From positions 128,001-192,000 of IMG/VR virus record IMGVR_UViG_3300037067_027643: a stretch of DNA of 64,000 nucleotides, one strand, 5' to 3'. This document shows, piece by piece, positions 40,641-51,659 of the stretch (position 1 is its first letter; each line of letters opens with the position of its first letter). The notes under the pieces were generated by a model. That model was given only the letters and a program-made list of their open reading frames with translations. It was not told the origin of the DNA and made no database searches. This DNA comes from a virus (lineage: Duplodnaviria; Caudoviricetes). The position numbers and the translations under genes are program-made.

Positions 40641-41474
40641 ATGAAAATATTAAAACCTTTAATAAAACTGCTAAAATATTTCTTAAACCCTCTTTTAAAA
40701 CCAACAGAATTAATTGATAGATATCCAACTAATGTCACGTTAGACTATAGAATATCAATGGTTAAATATCACTGGGGAGAAATAGAACATTATATATTAT
40801 CTATTGCAAAAATAAAATGGAAACTATTTCTTAAATATGGATGGAAATACTTTGTATTAAAAACATCAAAAATAATAGTATTATTAACAATTGGTTTCTT
40901 CTTAGTATTCTTTATTTATAAAGCAGCTAAACCAAAAATTATAAATATCTATCATACTGATTCTTTCGAAAGTAAAATAGAAAAAGATAGTATTATAATA
41001 ATAAGGGATGTAGTTAACCCACAACTTAAAAAATATTTTGATTATATAGCAGCTACAGAAGTACCTATTAAAAATGGAGATACATTATCAAGTTATCAAG
41101 TAAGATGTTATGACAGTACATCAAGTGCTATTGGTAGATATCAAATGGTAAATGCTGCTAGAACTCAAATAGGATTAGGAGGTGTATCAGATCAGGTATT
41201 TTTAAACAATCCAGAATTGCAGGATGTAGCTATGTACTTATTAATTAAAGATAACTATCGAGCAATGAAACCATTTATAGATGAATATGATGGAAAGATT
41301 ATAAATGGATATTTTTTAACTGAACCTGGAATGTTATCATTAGCACATGCTTTAGGAGCTAGTGGAGCGATGACATGGATTAAAAATGGTTGTAAAGTAA
41401 ATCAACTTCCAAGTGGAGCACCTAACGCTGATAGAAGACTTACATTTCAAAAATATAAAATAAAATTTAAATAA
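40641..41474 (+). CDS. Membrane-anchored lysozyme-like (muramidase/transglycosylase) protein
   Basis: TM segment, then IAATE...SAIGRYQM...FLNNPELQD..M. Confidence 0.6.
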   Translation: MKILKPLIKLLKYFLNPLLKPTELIDRYPTNVTLDYRISMVKYHWGEIEHYILSIAKIKWKLFLKYGWKYFVLKTSKIIVLLTIGFFLVFFIYKAAKPKIINIYHTDSFESKIEKDSIIIIRDVVNPQLKKYFDYIAATEVPIKNGDTLSSYQVRCYDSTSSAIGRYQMVNAARTQIGLGGVSDQVFLNNPELQDVAMYLLIKDNYRAMKPFIDEYDGKIINGYFLTEPGMLSLAHALGASGAMTWIKNGCKVNQLPSGAPNADRRLTFQKYKIKFK

Positions 41475-41486
41475 ATAATAAAAATT

Positions 41487-42113
41487 ATGAAAATAATAAA
41501 ACCAAAATATATAATACTATCAACAATTAATGGTATAGATATTATAAAAAATATTGAACGAGCTGGAAGAACTTGTTATAAAAGTGAAGATAAAATAACA
41601 GATGATAGTGCAGCTAAATTTATAAGAATGCTATTAGAAAGAGGTCATGAATCTGTTCTTGAACATCAAACACTATCTATACTTTTCGTTAATGATAGAG
41701 GAGTTAGTCACGAAGAAGTTAGACATAGAATAGCTAGCTTCTCACAGGAGAGCACAAGATTCATCAATTACACTAAGGAAAATAAAGGTGGAGAATGTAC
41801 TTTTATTGATATTAAACCTCATTTAATTAATCCAGCTGTATCTTTTGATATTTGGTTTAATACTATGTTATATTGTGAAAATTCGTATAAATTAATGATA
41901 GATGCTGGAGAAAAACCAGAAATAGCTAGATCAGTTTTACCAAATTCTCTTAAGACGGAAATCGTAATATCAGCTAACATGAGAGAATGGAGAACAATAT
42001 TTAAACAACGTACATCTAGTAAAGCACATCCACAGATGAGAGAATTAATGTGTCCATTATTGGATGAACTTAAAACAAAAATACCAGTTATATTTGATGA
42101 CATAAATTATTAA
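41487..42113 (+). CDS. thyX: FAD-dependent thymidylate synthase
   Basis: GHESVLEH, RHRIASFSQESTR, ARSVLPNS, AHPQMR. Confidence 0.95.
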   Translation: MKIIKPKYIILSTINGIDIIKNIERAGRTCYKSEDKITDDSAAKFIRMLLERGHESVLEHQTLSILFVNDRGVSHEEVRHRIASFSQESTRFINYTKENKGGECTFIDIKPHLINPAVSFDIWFNTMLYCENSYKLMIDAGEKPEIARSVLPNSLKTEIVISANMREWRTIFKQRTSSKAHPQMRELMCPLLDELKTKIPVIFDDINY

Positions 42114-42117
42114 AATC

Positions 42118-42411
42118 ATGAAACCTTGTACAATTATTTTAGACAATGATATTCAAATATCAGCTAATATAGAAACTCCACTTCCAAAAATTAAGGAAGA
42201 TAATACTTGTGAATGTATGACATTGCATTGTGAAGATATAATAACATTTCAGACATTTATTGATTCTATTGTTAAAGATTTAAAAATAATTGTAAAATAC
42301 GATTGTGGTACATGTACAATTAGAAATTATGATTTATTAGATATATCTAAAAATTATAAAGATTTAAGTATTATGTTACGTTTTAAAGAGATGTTAACCA
42401 GTTTTGAATAG
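42118..42411 (+). CDS. Hypothetical protein
   Basis: ORF track. Confidence 0.45.
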   Translation: MKPCTIILDNDIQISANIETPLPKIKEDNTCECMTLHCEDIITFQTFIDSIVKDLKIIVKYDCGTCTIRNYDLLDISKNYKDLSIMLRFKEMLTSFE

Positions 42412-42420
42412 TAAGTACAC

Positions 42421-43335
42421 ATGATAGAAAATAATACAATAGCAGTTGTTATATCAACTCACAATAATATAAATTATCTAAAGTTATTATATAGTTCAAT
42501 TATTAATAATTTTACAATTGTTGATGATATAATTATATATGCAGAAAATTGTACAGATGGAACAAATGAATGGTTGAGTAATATTTTTGTAACAAAGGAT
42601 AAACCTAGTTTATATGTATATATTCAAAATGATGTGATTAATCCCGGAATTTCCAGTGGAATTAATAAAGCCATTAGTATGGTAGATACAGATTATTTCA
42701 TCTTACTTCATTCGGATATGTATGTAACAAAAGGATATGATATAGAACTGTATAATTACTTTACAAAAGAAGAATATCGAGATAAAAGATTAATTGTTTC
42801 AGGATGGAGAGCAGAACCAAATATATGGGGAAATAATAGTAATACTCCTGGATTAGTTACCGCCCCAATTTCTTATTTTGGAGAATATTATCATAATTTT
42901 AGACAAGAGTTATTTAATGAATGGGCAATAATATTTTCAAAACAAAATCGAGATAAAACAATTAGAAACATGATGGGTGCTGGAGGATACATGATGAAAA
43001 AATCTGATTGGGATTACTTAGGAGGAAATGATGAAATTTTCAACCCAGCTTGTTATGAGGACATTGATTTATGTTTAAGAGCTCAATTAAAAGATTTTGA
43101 ATTAATTACAACATGCAATACACTAATTTATCATTTCTCGGGACGGGGATCATGGTATCCTACTGATAACATTGGAAAGAAAAGTGAAAGACAACAAACA
43201 GCAGAACAAACTGGAATGATTAAATGGTTAAATAAATGGGGAGAACGTTTTGAAAGAGATGAAAGCGATTGTCCAATATTAACCAAAACAATGAAAAACT
43301 TTATTTTGAAAAATAGAAACAATTTTGTATATTAA
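42421..43335 (+). CDS. Glycosyltransferase family 2
   Basis: VVISTHN, CTDGT, LLHSDM, GGNDE.F...YEDIDL..R. Confidence 0.85.
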   Translation: MIENNTIAVVISTHNNINYLKLLYSSIINNFTIVDDIIIYAENCTDGTNEWLSNIFVTKDKPSLYVYIQNDVINPGISSGINKAISMVDTDYFILLHSDMYVTKGYDIELYNYFTKEEYRDKRLIVSGWRAEPNIWGNNSNTPGLVTAPISYFGEYYHNFRQELFNEWAIIFSKQNRDKTIRNMMGAGGYMMKKSDWDYLGGNDEIFNPACYEDIDLCLRAQLKDFELITTCNTLIYHFSGRGSWYPTDNIGKKSERQQTAEQTGMIKWLNKWGERFERDESDCPILTKTMKNFILKNRNNFVY

Positions 43336-43349
43336 AAATAAAATATAAA

Positions 43350-44429
43350 ATGAAAACAGTTTGTATATATCATAGTGCAGATTTAGATGGTTGGTGTTCC
43401 GCTGCCATAGTTAAACATTGGTATATTAAAAATAATAAAGATTGTATTATATTTAATAAATCAAACTCAAATATAATGACTAATGAGGATAAAATTGTAT
43501 TTGATGATAGAGTTCAAGGAAAAGAAAATGAATCCGAATTATACTTCATTGGTTATAATTATGGAAATGAAATTCCAGATTTATCTGAATATAATCGAGT
43601 AATAATGTGTGATATAAGTTTTCCAGCTAATATAATGAAACAACTCCATAGAAAACTAACAGCACAAAAGGGTTATGTGGGAAATGGAAAAGAAAAAACA
43701 CTCGATAATTTTATTTGGTTAGATCATCATATATCAGCAATAAAAGATATGGAAAAGGAATACCCAGTAGGTAATAGTGTTCCTATATCATTACCATCAG
43801 GACTAAGGGATACAAAATTTGCAGCATGTGAATTAACTTGGAGATACTACTTCCCTAAAAAAGAGATGCCAGAACTTGTAAGATTACTAGGTAGATACGA
43901 TTGTTTTGGCCACAGAGGGAGTAGCGAAGAACAAACTGTATTTGAATTTCAATACGGAGCAAGAAGTGTGATTAGTAATTATAATGAATGTTTTGATGTT
44001 TTAACTGATAATATATATTATGGAAATGAAACTATAGAAAATATTTTATCTGATGGACAGTCAATATATAGATTTTTATGTACTGATGCAATAGCTAGCT
44101 ATAAAAATGGTTTTAAAGTAATATTATCAGAAGAAGTAGCTGGATGTACAGAAGATCCAAATAAACAATTTGAAGATAGAGAATTCATTTGTATTAATAA
44201 AGAAAAATTTAATCCTATTAATTTTGGAATAAATTATCACAAGGATGGCTATGATGGTTGTATGTGCTTCTATTTTGATGGTAAAGAATATAATTGTAGT
44301 ATTTATAATGACAATGGAAAAGTAGATTGTTCTGTTATAGCTAAAGGGTTTGCGGGAGGTGGACATCAAGGAGCTGCTGGTTTTCGTTTGAATCGACAAC
44401 AATTTGAAGAATTAATTAAAAACAAATAA
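43350..44429 (+). CDS. DHH/DHHA1 phosphoesterase
   Basis: YHSADLDG, CDIS, WLDHH, GGGHQGAAGF. Confidence 0.9.
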   Translation: MKTVCIYHSADLDGWCSAAIVKHWYIKNNKDCIIFNKSNSNIMTNEDKIVFDDRVQGKENESELYFIGYNYGNEIPDLSEYNRVIMCDISFPANIMKQLHRKLTAQKGYVGNGKEKTLDNFIWLDHHISAIKDMEKEYPVGNSVPISLPSGLRDTKFAACELTWRYYFPKKEMPELVRLLGRYDCFGHRGSSEEQTVFEFQYGARSVISNYNECFDVLTDNIYYGNETIENILSDGQSIYRFLCTDAIASYKNGFKVILSEEVAGCTEDPNKQFEDREFICINKEKFNPINFGINYHKDGYDGCMCFYFDGKEYNCSIYNDNGKVDCSVIAKGFAGGGHQGAAGFRLNRQQFEELIKNK

Positions 44430-44435
44430 TAAATC

Positions 44436-45197
44436 ATGAAATATTTCTATGACATCGAATTTATCGAGGGAACACAAGATAAAACCATATTTGGGTTAGT
44501 TTATAAAGTTACCAAACCTACAATTGATATAATTTCAATTGGAATTATTAGCGAAGACAATAGAGAGTATTATTCTATTAGCAAAGATTTTAATCTCAAA
44601 GAAGCTTGGAACAGATATGACATCAAACAAGAGTGGTATTCTATTGATGAAAATACTCAATCTACAAGAAATGTAAAAGTTTACTGGATTCGAGAAAATG
44701 TTCTAAAACCAATATTCGAAGAACTGTCTGTTAGATTTTGGGGACTCACTAATATTTTTGGAAATAAACATGAATTCGAATATAGTAAATTAGAATTTCT
44801 TATTAATACTTACGGTAAACACAATGAAGAAATAGCAAATGAAATAAAAAACTTTGTTAATCCAAGTAAAGAAGAAGTAAATAATATATCATTTAGTGAA
44901 TATCAAGAAAAATATAGTAAAAAAGAATTATATGGTTATTATTCCTCTTACGATCATGTAGCACTTTGTTGGTTATTTGGTAAAATGATTGATCTACCAA
45001 AAGGTTTCCCAATGCACACAATTGATCTCAAACAGATATTAGACGAAAAACAAATATGGAATGAAAAAACTGGGTATTATAAAACACTAGATCAAATAAA
45101 ATCATTACCAAATTATCCAACCCAAGAAAATGAGCATAATTCTTTGGAAGACGCTAGATGGAATAAAAAACTTTATGAATTTTTAAAAACAATATAA
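44436..45197 (+). CDS. DEDDh 3'-5' exonuclease (Rv2179c-like)
   Basis: FYDIEF, YSSYDHV, EHNSLEDARW. Confidence 0.8.
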   Translation: MKYFYDIEFIEGTQDKTIFGLVYKVTKPTIDIISIGIISEDNREYYSISKDFNLKEAWNRYDIKQEWYSIDENTQSTRNVKVYWIRENVLKPIFEELSVRFWGLTNIFGNKHEFEYSKLEFLINTYGKHNEEIANEIKNFVNPSKEEVNNISFSEYQEKYSKKELYGYYSSYDHVALCWLFGKMIDLPKGFPMHTIDLKQILDEKQIWNEKTGYYKTLDQIKSLPNYPTQENEHNSLEDARWNKKLYEFLKTI

Positions 45198-45889
45198 ATG
45201 AGAGACGCAGCTATAATAGAAAAAGATACCACTTGTCCATTATGCAATAAGGAAATAACAGTTGAAGTAGAAATAGATCAGTATGACGTTGAAACAGTTA
45301 TCGATAACATGCATGAATCAACAAAAGAAGACATAGTAGAATACTGTGACATTTATAGAGATGATCATGAAACTGAATTGGGAGATGTTTTAAATTTTTT
45401 ATATAAATGTAGTAAATATGATAAATTAGAAATATTAGAAAATTTAAACGATGAAGGAATATCTTATATATCAATTTATTCATTAGATGATCAATATAAA
45501 TTACAAGCTATAAAAGAAATCTGGAACGATATTACAGTTGAACAATTAGAATCGTTTTGTAATAATTTTAAAATTGAATTAAAAAGTAAAAGAAAATGAC
45601 AACAATTTCAAAAAGTACAGATATTGATATTGAGTTAAGTGATGTAATAGATTTTATTGATGATGCAAAACACTATGAAATAACTGATATTATAAAACAT
45701 TGTAAATATTTTATCGAAGATAATTTAGAAGAATTTATAGATGTAGACGATTTTGGTATAATAACAAAAACATTAAATGATCAATTTAAATTACAAGCTA
45801 TAAAAGAAATTTGGGAAGATTTGAATGTAGAAGAAGTTGAAACATTTGTAGAAAATTTTAAAACTATATTAAAAAATAGAAGAAAATGA
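45198..45889 (+). other. Two tandem acidic paralogous CDS (45198-45599, 45596-45889)
   Basis: SLDDQYKLQAIKEIWNDITVEQLESF vs TLNDQFKLQAIKEIWEDLNVEEVETF. Confidence 0.75.
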
Positions 45890-46158
45890 AAAAGGAAAAT
45901 AAAATTAACATAATTATAAAAGGTTGTTGCGGTAGTGGTAAATCAAGAATTTTATATCTTATTAAAAACACATTAAGAAAAGAAGGTTTTGAAGTCGATC
46001 ATGAATTAAATGAAGATTTTGATAACGAAAAAGATTTTAATGAAATAATGGAATCAAATTATCAAAACTGTTTAAACACAATAAAATCAAGAACCACAAT
46101 TACTATAAAAGAGAAAAATAAAATTCACGATTTGACTAAAGATCTAAATGAAGAATAA
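45886..46158 (+). CDS. Short P-loop-containing protein
   Basis: IIIKGCCGSGKS in only 90 aa. Confidence 0.5.
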   Translation: MKKENKINIIIKGCCGSGKSRILYLIKNTLRKEGFEVDHELNEDFDNEKDFNEIMESNYQNCLNTIKSRTTITIKEKNKIHDLTKDLNEE

Positions 46159-46411
46159 ATCAAACTCTTATTATATATTTCTTCCAGAAGATGATTTAGA
46201 AGATGTAGAGTACGACGAACACTTACTTGGAGAAATTGATTGTAACAATACATTCTGGACAGGAACAGGTATAAGAATATTAATGAATATAACTAAACAG
46301 CATCCAGAATTAATTGAATCTGTTATTATCAAAGACCAAAATAATAAAACAATAACAGTTGAACAATTTATGAAAACAATCGAAAAATTAAAAATAAAAA
46401 ATAGCATTTAA
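46148..46411 (+). CDS. Hypothetical protein
   Basis: ORF track. Confidence 0.5.
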   Translation: MKNKSNSYYIFLPEDDLEDVEYDEHLLGEIDCNNTFWTGTGIRILMNITKQHPELIESVIIKDQNNKTITVEQFMKTIEKLKIKNSI

Positions 46412-46419
46412 ACAATATA

Positions 46420-46929
46420 ATGCCAAAAAAATATATATTCTTCTTAGAAAGTGATATTAAACGAGCAATGAAGTGTACACAGTCTAATATGGCCGCTGCT
46501 CGTTATCTTGGTATCAACTATCTTACTTATAAGAAATATGCTAAGATGTATTTTGACGAAAATGGAGTCTCATTATTTGACTTACATTTAAATCAATCTG
46601 GGAAAGGAGTAGTAAAACCATGGATGAGTGGAGGTTCTCATAATAAAACATTTCCGATACACGGTATATTAAATAATCAGTTTCCAAAATATCCATTACA
46701 AAAATTAGGACAAAGATTAATAAGAGAAGGAGTAATGTTACCTAGATGTGCTTTATGTGGATGTGAAGAATTTAGAATTACTGATAAAAAATATCCATTA
46801 ATATTAACTCAAAAGAATAATGATGAACATGATTATAGAATTGAAAATTTAGAATTTTTATGTTATAATTGTTATTTTTTAACTGTAGGTAATTTCGATA
46901 AAACTTTATTAAAAAATATGAAGGGATAA
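46420..46929 (+). CDS. HTH plus degenerate HNH-like protein
   Basis: SNMAAARYLGI (HTH); CALCG...RIENLEFLCYNC; the catalytic His is not evident. Confidence 0.6.
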   Translation: MPKKYIFFLESDIKRAMKCTQSNMAAARYLGINYLTYKKYAKMYFDENGVSLFDLHLNQSGKGVVKPWMSGGSHNKTFPIHGILNNQFPKYPLQKLGQRLIREGVMLPRCALCGCEEFRITDKKYPLILTQKNNDEHDYRIENLEFLCYNCYFLTVGNFDKTLLKNMKG

Positions 46930-46932
46930 AAT

Positions 46933-48148
46933 ATGAACAAAGAAGAGGTAGCTAAAAAAGTAATTGACATAATTAACAATGCAGACTATGTTGATCCGGC
47001 CGAATACATTTATGATGGTCAAAAATTTTTAGATGTTACACTACGAAGAGGAGAAGATGTTTCTGGACATTTATTTGATTTATATAATACATTATTAGAT
47101 CCGAATTCTTGGTGTGAAATTGATAATTCTTTACAACCTGCTATAGATTTATTAAAACAGTATTTTGATGAAAATCCATATAAAAATACAAACGAAACAA
47201 ACATTAATTTTCATCAAGTTGTCGAAAATAGTCAATGTTTTGATAGTTTAGAACAGATATTAAATTATGTGTCATTTATTAGTAAAGATGAATATCTAAA
47301 AATAGGGTTAGAAAATACTATTAAAAATGGATATAAATTAGTAAAGGAATAAATATGTTAATAACTTTAGTATTTGTTTTTTGTATGTTATATTTAGTTA
47401 TTTTAATTAACATAAGAAGATCAAAATATTGTGATTTATATATTAATATTAATAAATTATGTAGCGAATATAATCAGTGGCAATTTAGAAATGGATTAAA
47501 TTATTTTGATAATAAATTTGAAAACGCGTATCACTTTTGTAGAAATGAATTCCCCTTAGAAATTACTAATAAATTATTGTTTTCACTTAAAAAATTAGAT
47601 ATGAAAACATTATTTACTAATGATATGAAAATCAAATTTGAAAAATATTTAATGGATAATAGATAATAATTAAAATATAATTTTACAAAATGGAAGAAAC
47701 ACCAAATAATAAAAAATCAAAACGACCAGTAAATACAAATACTACAAAAGATAATAGATTGTCAGATAAAGATATTAATCAAATAACAGCTACTAAAATA
47801 ATATATAGTAATGCTAATGAACTACATAAATTCTTTGAATCAAATAAGGATAATACCAAAGAATTTATTATAAAAGAAATAGCTAAAAATTTAAATAATA
47901 TTAAAAAACAAGATATTATATTATTTGAACTGGAAAGTGTAATGTATAATAATAGTAATATTGTTTTGAACTTACCAAGAACTGAATGGGTAAATGCGTT
48001 GGAAGATATACGTAAATATTATGAAAGTAAATTAGAATCGATTAATGCACAACAAACCGATTTTGAAAAATGTACAGAAATAAGAGAATTAATAAAAAAA
48101 TTAAATAGAAAAATAAATAAAAATAACAAATTAAAAAAGGAGAAATAA
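46933..48148 (+). other. Three hypothetical CDS (46933-47352, 47355-47666, 47690-48148)
   Basis: ORF track. Confidence 0.5.
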
Positions 48149-48152
48149 AATT

Positions 48153-48383
48153 ATGAGAACAGACGAATTTATCTATTACAATGTAAATGTAAGTTTTAAA
48201 GTAGAAACAGATGAAGGTAAAGAAAAGAAAATCAAAGAAAAATATCTTGTAAAAGCCATCGGATGTACCGACGCAGAAGCAATAGTTACTAAAGAGTTTA
48301 CTGGTACAAACGATTTTAAAGTTGAATCAATTGCAGAAACTAAAATTATCAATGTTTTAGAAGCCGATATGAAAGATGAATAA
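48153..48383 (+). CDS. DUF4494-like small protein
   Basis: KKIKEKYLVKA...TDAEA, IAETKI. Confidence 0.6.
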   Translation: MRTDEFIYYNVNVSFKVETDEGKEKKIKEKYLVKAIGCTDAEAIVTKEFTGTNDFKVESIAETKIINVLEADMKDE

Positions 48384-48789
48384 TAGTGAAGCAACTATTC
48401 GATTTGAAGAATTTTTAAAATCAATTGGAGGTATAGAAAATGGGATGTATCTCAATAGACCTCCAATTGTTGTTCGTTATTTCTTTTCTGTAGGAGATGG
48501 TTGGTTACCAATGATTCAAGAACTTATCGAAAAACTTATTCTTTTAGGTTGGGATAAAAAGATTTGTCAAGTTAAAGAAAAGTTTGGTGGACTTAGATTT
48601 TATGTAGTTAATAATACCAAAGAAATTTCTGATTTAATCAAAGAATACGAAGTAAAATCATTTAAAATTTGTGATGTATGTGGGTGTGACATTTGTAAAA
48701 CGAGTTCTGTAAATGGCTGGATATATTCTAGATGTGAAAAACATAGACCAGAAGAACTTACATCGTGTTTACAGTCAAAAGATAACTAA
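48376..48789 (+). CDS. Phage protein with QVKEKFGGLRFY motif and Zn ribbon
   Basis: GDGW, QVKEKFGGLRFY, CDVCG. Confidence 0.65.
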   Translation: MNNSEATIRFEEFLKSIGGIENGMYLNRPPIVVRYFFSVGDGWLPMIQELIEKLILLGWDKKICQVKEKFGGLRFYVVNNTKEISDLIKEYEVKSFKICDVCGCDICKTSSVNGWIYSRCEKHRPEELTSCLQSKDN

Positions 48790-48791
48790 CT

Positions 48792-49655
48792 ATGAAAAAT
48801 ATATTTATAAAAAATTGTTGTGATGGATTGTATAATTCATTTGATGTGCATTTTACAAGTGTTTGTGATAATAAATGTAATCATTGTATTGATTTAAAAT
48901 ATAATGGTTTTGGAATTAAAAAACCAGATGTAGATTCAATAGTAAATACAATTATTGAAAATCAAAATGGATATGATGATGTTTTATTTTTAGGAGGAGA
49001 ACCATGTATTTATTTAAAGGAATTGGTTGATTGTATAGAACAAGTAAAATCAAAAACAAATTTAAAAATATATGTAACAACATCTGTTCCTAAAATATGT
49101 AAAGATCGATTTGATTTATTTACGAAACTACTCGAATTAGTTGATGGAATAAATTTATCAGTACAACATTATAAAGAAGAGATTGCAGATAAAATTAGAA
49201 ATGTATCATCAAAATATAATAGACAAGAATTTTATAATAGTTTATCTTATAAAGAAAAAATAAGAATAAATTTAAATATTGTAAAACCATATTTATATAC
49301 AAAAGAAGATATTACAAATTGTTTGATACATTATGATAAAATGGGATTTAATGAAATAAAACTTTCAGAAATACAACATGGAAAAGATTATTATGTTTCT
49401 TTTGAAAAGATGTTTAATATTAAGTTAGGATCACCATTTTATAGTGGTTGTCAAAAATATTTAAAAATGGATAAAATAATTCCAAATTTTAAAACACCTG
49501 TATTATTAAAACGTTCATGTTTTATGTGCGAAGAAACATTGAAAGCTTCTTTTATGGACGGTGTAAAAGTTGGATATAGATTATTTAGACCAAATAACAA
49601 AAATAAATATGGTGTTATTTATGAAAATGGATGTTTAACAAATAAATGGAGATAA
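48792..49655 (+). CDS. Radical SAM enzyme
   Basis: CDNKCNHC (CxxxCxxC), LGGEP; extra SCFMC near the C-terminus. Confidence 0.88.
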   Translation: MKNIFIKNCCDGLYNSFDVHFTSVCDNKCNHCIDLKYNGFGIKKPDVDSIVNTIIENQNGYDDVLFLGGEPCIYLKELVDCIEQVKSKTNLKIYVTTSVPKICKDRFDLFTKLLELVDGINLSVQHYKEEIADKIRNVSSKYNRQEFYNSLSYKEKIRINLNIVKPYLYTKEDITNCLIHYDKMGFNEIKLSEIQHGKDYYVSFEKMFNIKLGSPFYSGCQKYLKMDKIIPNFKTPVLLKRSCFMCEETLKASFMDGVKVGYRLFRPNNKNKYGVIYENGCLTNKWR

Positions 49656-49659
49656 AATT

Positions 49660-49767
49660 ATGTTTACAAGAATTTTAAGAAAAGTAGTAAAGAAATTAGA
49701 AAATAGTAGAAACGGACATTGTTCTGGTGATATTGATGGAGGTGGTGGAACTGGACATTGTTATTAA
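49660..49767 (+). CDS. 35-aa candidate precursor peptide MFTRILRKVVKKLENSRNGHCSGDIDGGGGTGHCY
   Basis: Hand-translated; ATG 4 nt after the rSAM stop; below the ORF-track cutoff. Confidence 0.7.
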   Translation: MFTRILRKVVKKLENSRNGHCSGDIDGGGGTGHCY

Positions 49768-51653
49768 TAGTTCCGTACCCGTCCGTATATATCGCTTTGA
49801 GGGAAGCGAATTTCCCAGATCGATGGATCGGCCGATGTGTAAATTATGCCGTTTCTTTTGGAAGTCTCTAAATTGTAAATGTTTGGAACATAGCCCTTTA
49901 GCTGATCAAATTGATTGTAAAAGCGAAGAGAAATCACACTTTGAACTCCCACAGTATTAGCAATTACTTGAACTACTTCGTTTTTTATGATTGGCTGATT
50001 GATTTGCCATTTATCTATATCAAAGTAAGATTTTACATTATCTATCGCTCTTAATAATACTTCACTTGCAATATAGTTACTTAATACAGTTATTTCAAAC
50101 GACACAGCAATATTAATTACAAAGGCATCCTTTATATTAATACTATCAGTTAACATTTTAAATTTACTTAGATAAGTTTTTAAATTTTCTTTAATGGCTG
50201 TATTTGTTTGTACCAGTTGTTTCTGACTGTTATAAGATAATATATATAAATTTAATGCTAATGGATTTGCTATTCGTTGACTATAATCAAAAAAGTTTAA
50301 TTGATCATCTTGAGTAATATATGCTTTAGCTATGCTTCCAAATTTAGCTGGCATAGAATAAGTTCTGATAATATAATCTTCCAATGTAACAGCTCTATCT
50401 TGAGCAATAAAGAAACTCATAGCATTATCTCTTATCTCATCTACTGATTCAGCTCCTCTACCACCTGTAGCATTATTTAAATTGGTACATGATACTGATT
50501 GTTTTATTAATGCTAATACATTTGGGTTAATAGATTGATCACTTGTAAAGTATTCTATATTAGAAATTGTTTGAAGTGTATTTGCTGGAGTATTTGATTG
50601 TATCCCTCCTCCTACTGTATATTTTACTGTTAAAGTAGTATTAACTGGAACCTGTCCATAACTCTTTGTATATAAGAAATTAGCTGGATCCCATGTAGTA
50701 TTGATTTTACTTAAACCACCCATAAATGGAAGTCCTACATTATCTGGATTAGGAGTAATTATCTCATCTGGCATTACACTATTACCACTTCCAAATCTCA
50801 GTTCCAGTTTATTATCTGATGTATATCTTGTTATAAATCTTTTGCTTACTTTTAATTGTTTTAATAGATAAGGAGTTTGATTTTTATATGTTGCTAGTTC
50901 TGGACTGTTAGTTGTTGTATTAGGTTGATCTATAAATATTGTATCCTGTGCTAAGAAAGGAACTTCATACCAATTATTACCATTACTATCTACCACACTA
51001 TCAATTGATATAATACTGGTATCTGGTATTGTTACTGATATATAAGGATCACTAGCACCGAAGTTGAATTGAATTGTTTTCTGAACTCCAGCTTCTACTT
51101 GTACTTGTTTCATTAACAAATAGTAATCTATTATCCCTGTTGTTTCGTTTAATTTATATACAGTAATATCAGTAGAATCATTTGAACCAGAAACAGCAAA
51201 GTTAATTGTATCTGTGGTATGAAATATTACCTGACTATTTTCATTAGAAGTAATTTCCATATTAGGTTTAATAGCTAAAGCATAACTCCAATCCGGTGTA
51301 GTTGAATTTGCTATTTGTATTGATGGTATTATTTGATATATGTTTAAAGTTGTTCTTGCTGGATATGTAGGTCTTGGTTTATATCCCATTGATTGAGCTA
51401 TATCTAATATGTTTGCTCTTTCTGTTGTTTGGCTAAATAAGTTTTCTTTTAAATTATAATCAGTATAATAAGATAACACATCACCAATATATGATCCCAT
51501 TTCTATGAACATCATATTTGGATCACCTTCGTTTAAATCATTGAAAGTGTTCTTATAGTAAGTCTTAGCAAACGCTATAAGATTTTCTTTAAACTGATTA
51601 AAGTCTTTCCCTAGGTAATTAATGTCTTTATTATTTTGATTATTGTTTGCCAT
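49764..51653 (-). CDS. Baseplate wedge subunit (T4 gp6-like)
   Basis: YLGKDFNQFK, MGYKP, LRFGSG, VKYTVGGG, ATGG...ES, QDRAVTLEDY. Confidence 0.9.
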   Translation of the reverse strand: MANNNQNNKDINYLGKDFNQFKENLIAFAKTYYKNTFNDLNEGDPNMMFIEMGSYIGDVLSYYTDYNLKENLFSQTTERANILDIAQSMGYKPRPTYPARTTLNIYQIIPSIQIANSTTPDWSYALAIKPNMEITSNENSQVIFHTTDTINFAVSGSNDSTDITVYKLNETTGIIDYYLLMKQVQVEAGVQKTIQFNFGASDPYISVTIPDTSIISIDSVVDSNGNNWYEVPFLAQDTIFIDQPNTTTNSPELATYKNQTPYLLKQLKVSKRFITRYTSDNKLELRFGSGNSVMPDEIITPNPDNVGLPFMGGLSKINTTWDPANFLYTKSYGQVPVNTTLTVKYTVGGGIQSNTPANTLQTISNIEYFTSDQSINPNVLALIKQSVSCTNLNNATGGRGAESVDEIRDNAMSFFIAQDRAVTLEDYIIRTYSMPAKFGSIAKAYITQDDQLNFFDYSQRIANPLALNLYILSYNSQKQLVQTNTAIKENLKTYLSKFKMLTDSINIKDAFVINIAVSFEITVLSNYIASEVLLRAIDNVKSYFDIDKWQINQPIIKNEVVQVIANTVGVQSVISLRFYNQFDQLKGYVPNIYNLETSKRNGIIYTSADPSIWEIRFPQSDIYGRVRNY

Positions 51654-51659
51654 TTAGTT

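Noticed and set aside
49727-49960. 77-aa plus-strand ORF in the track
   Set aside because: It overlaps the baseplate gene antisense and the better-supported 49660..49767 peptide in another frame; likely a by-product of the GC-rich patch.
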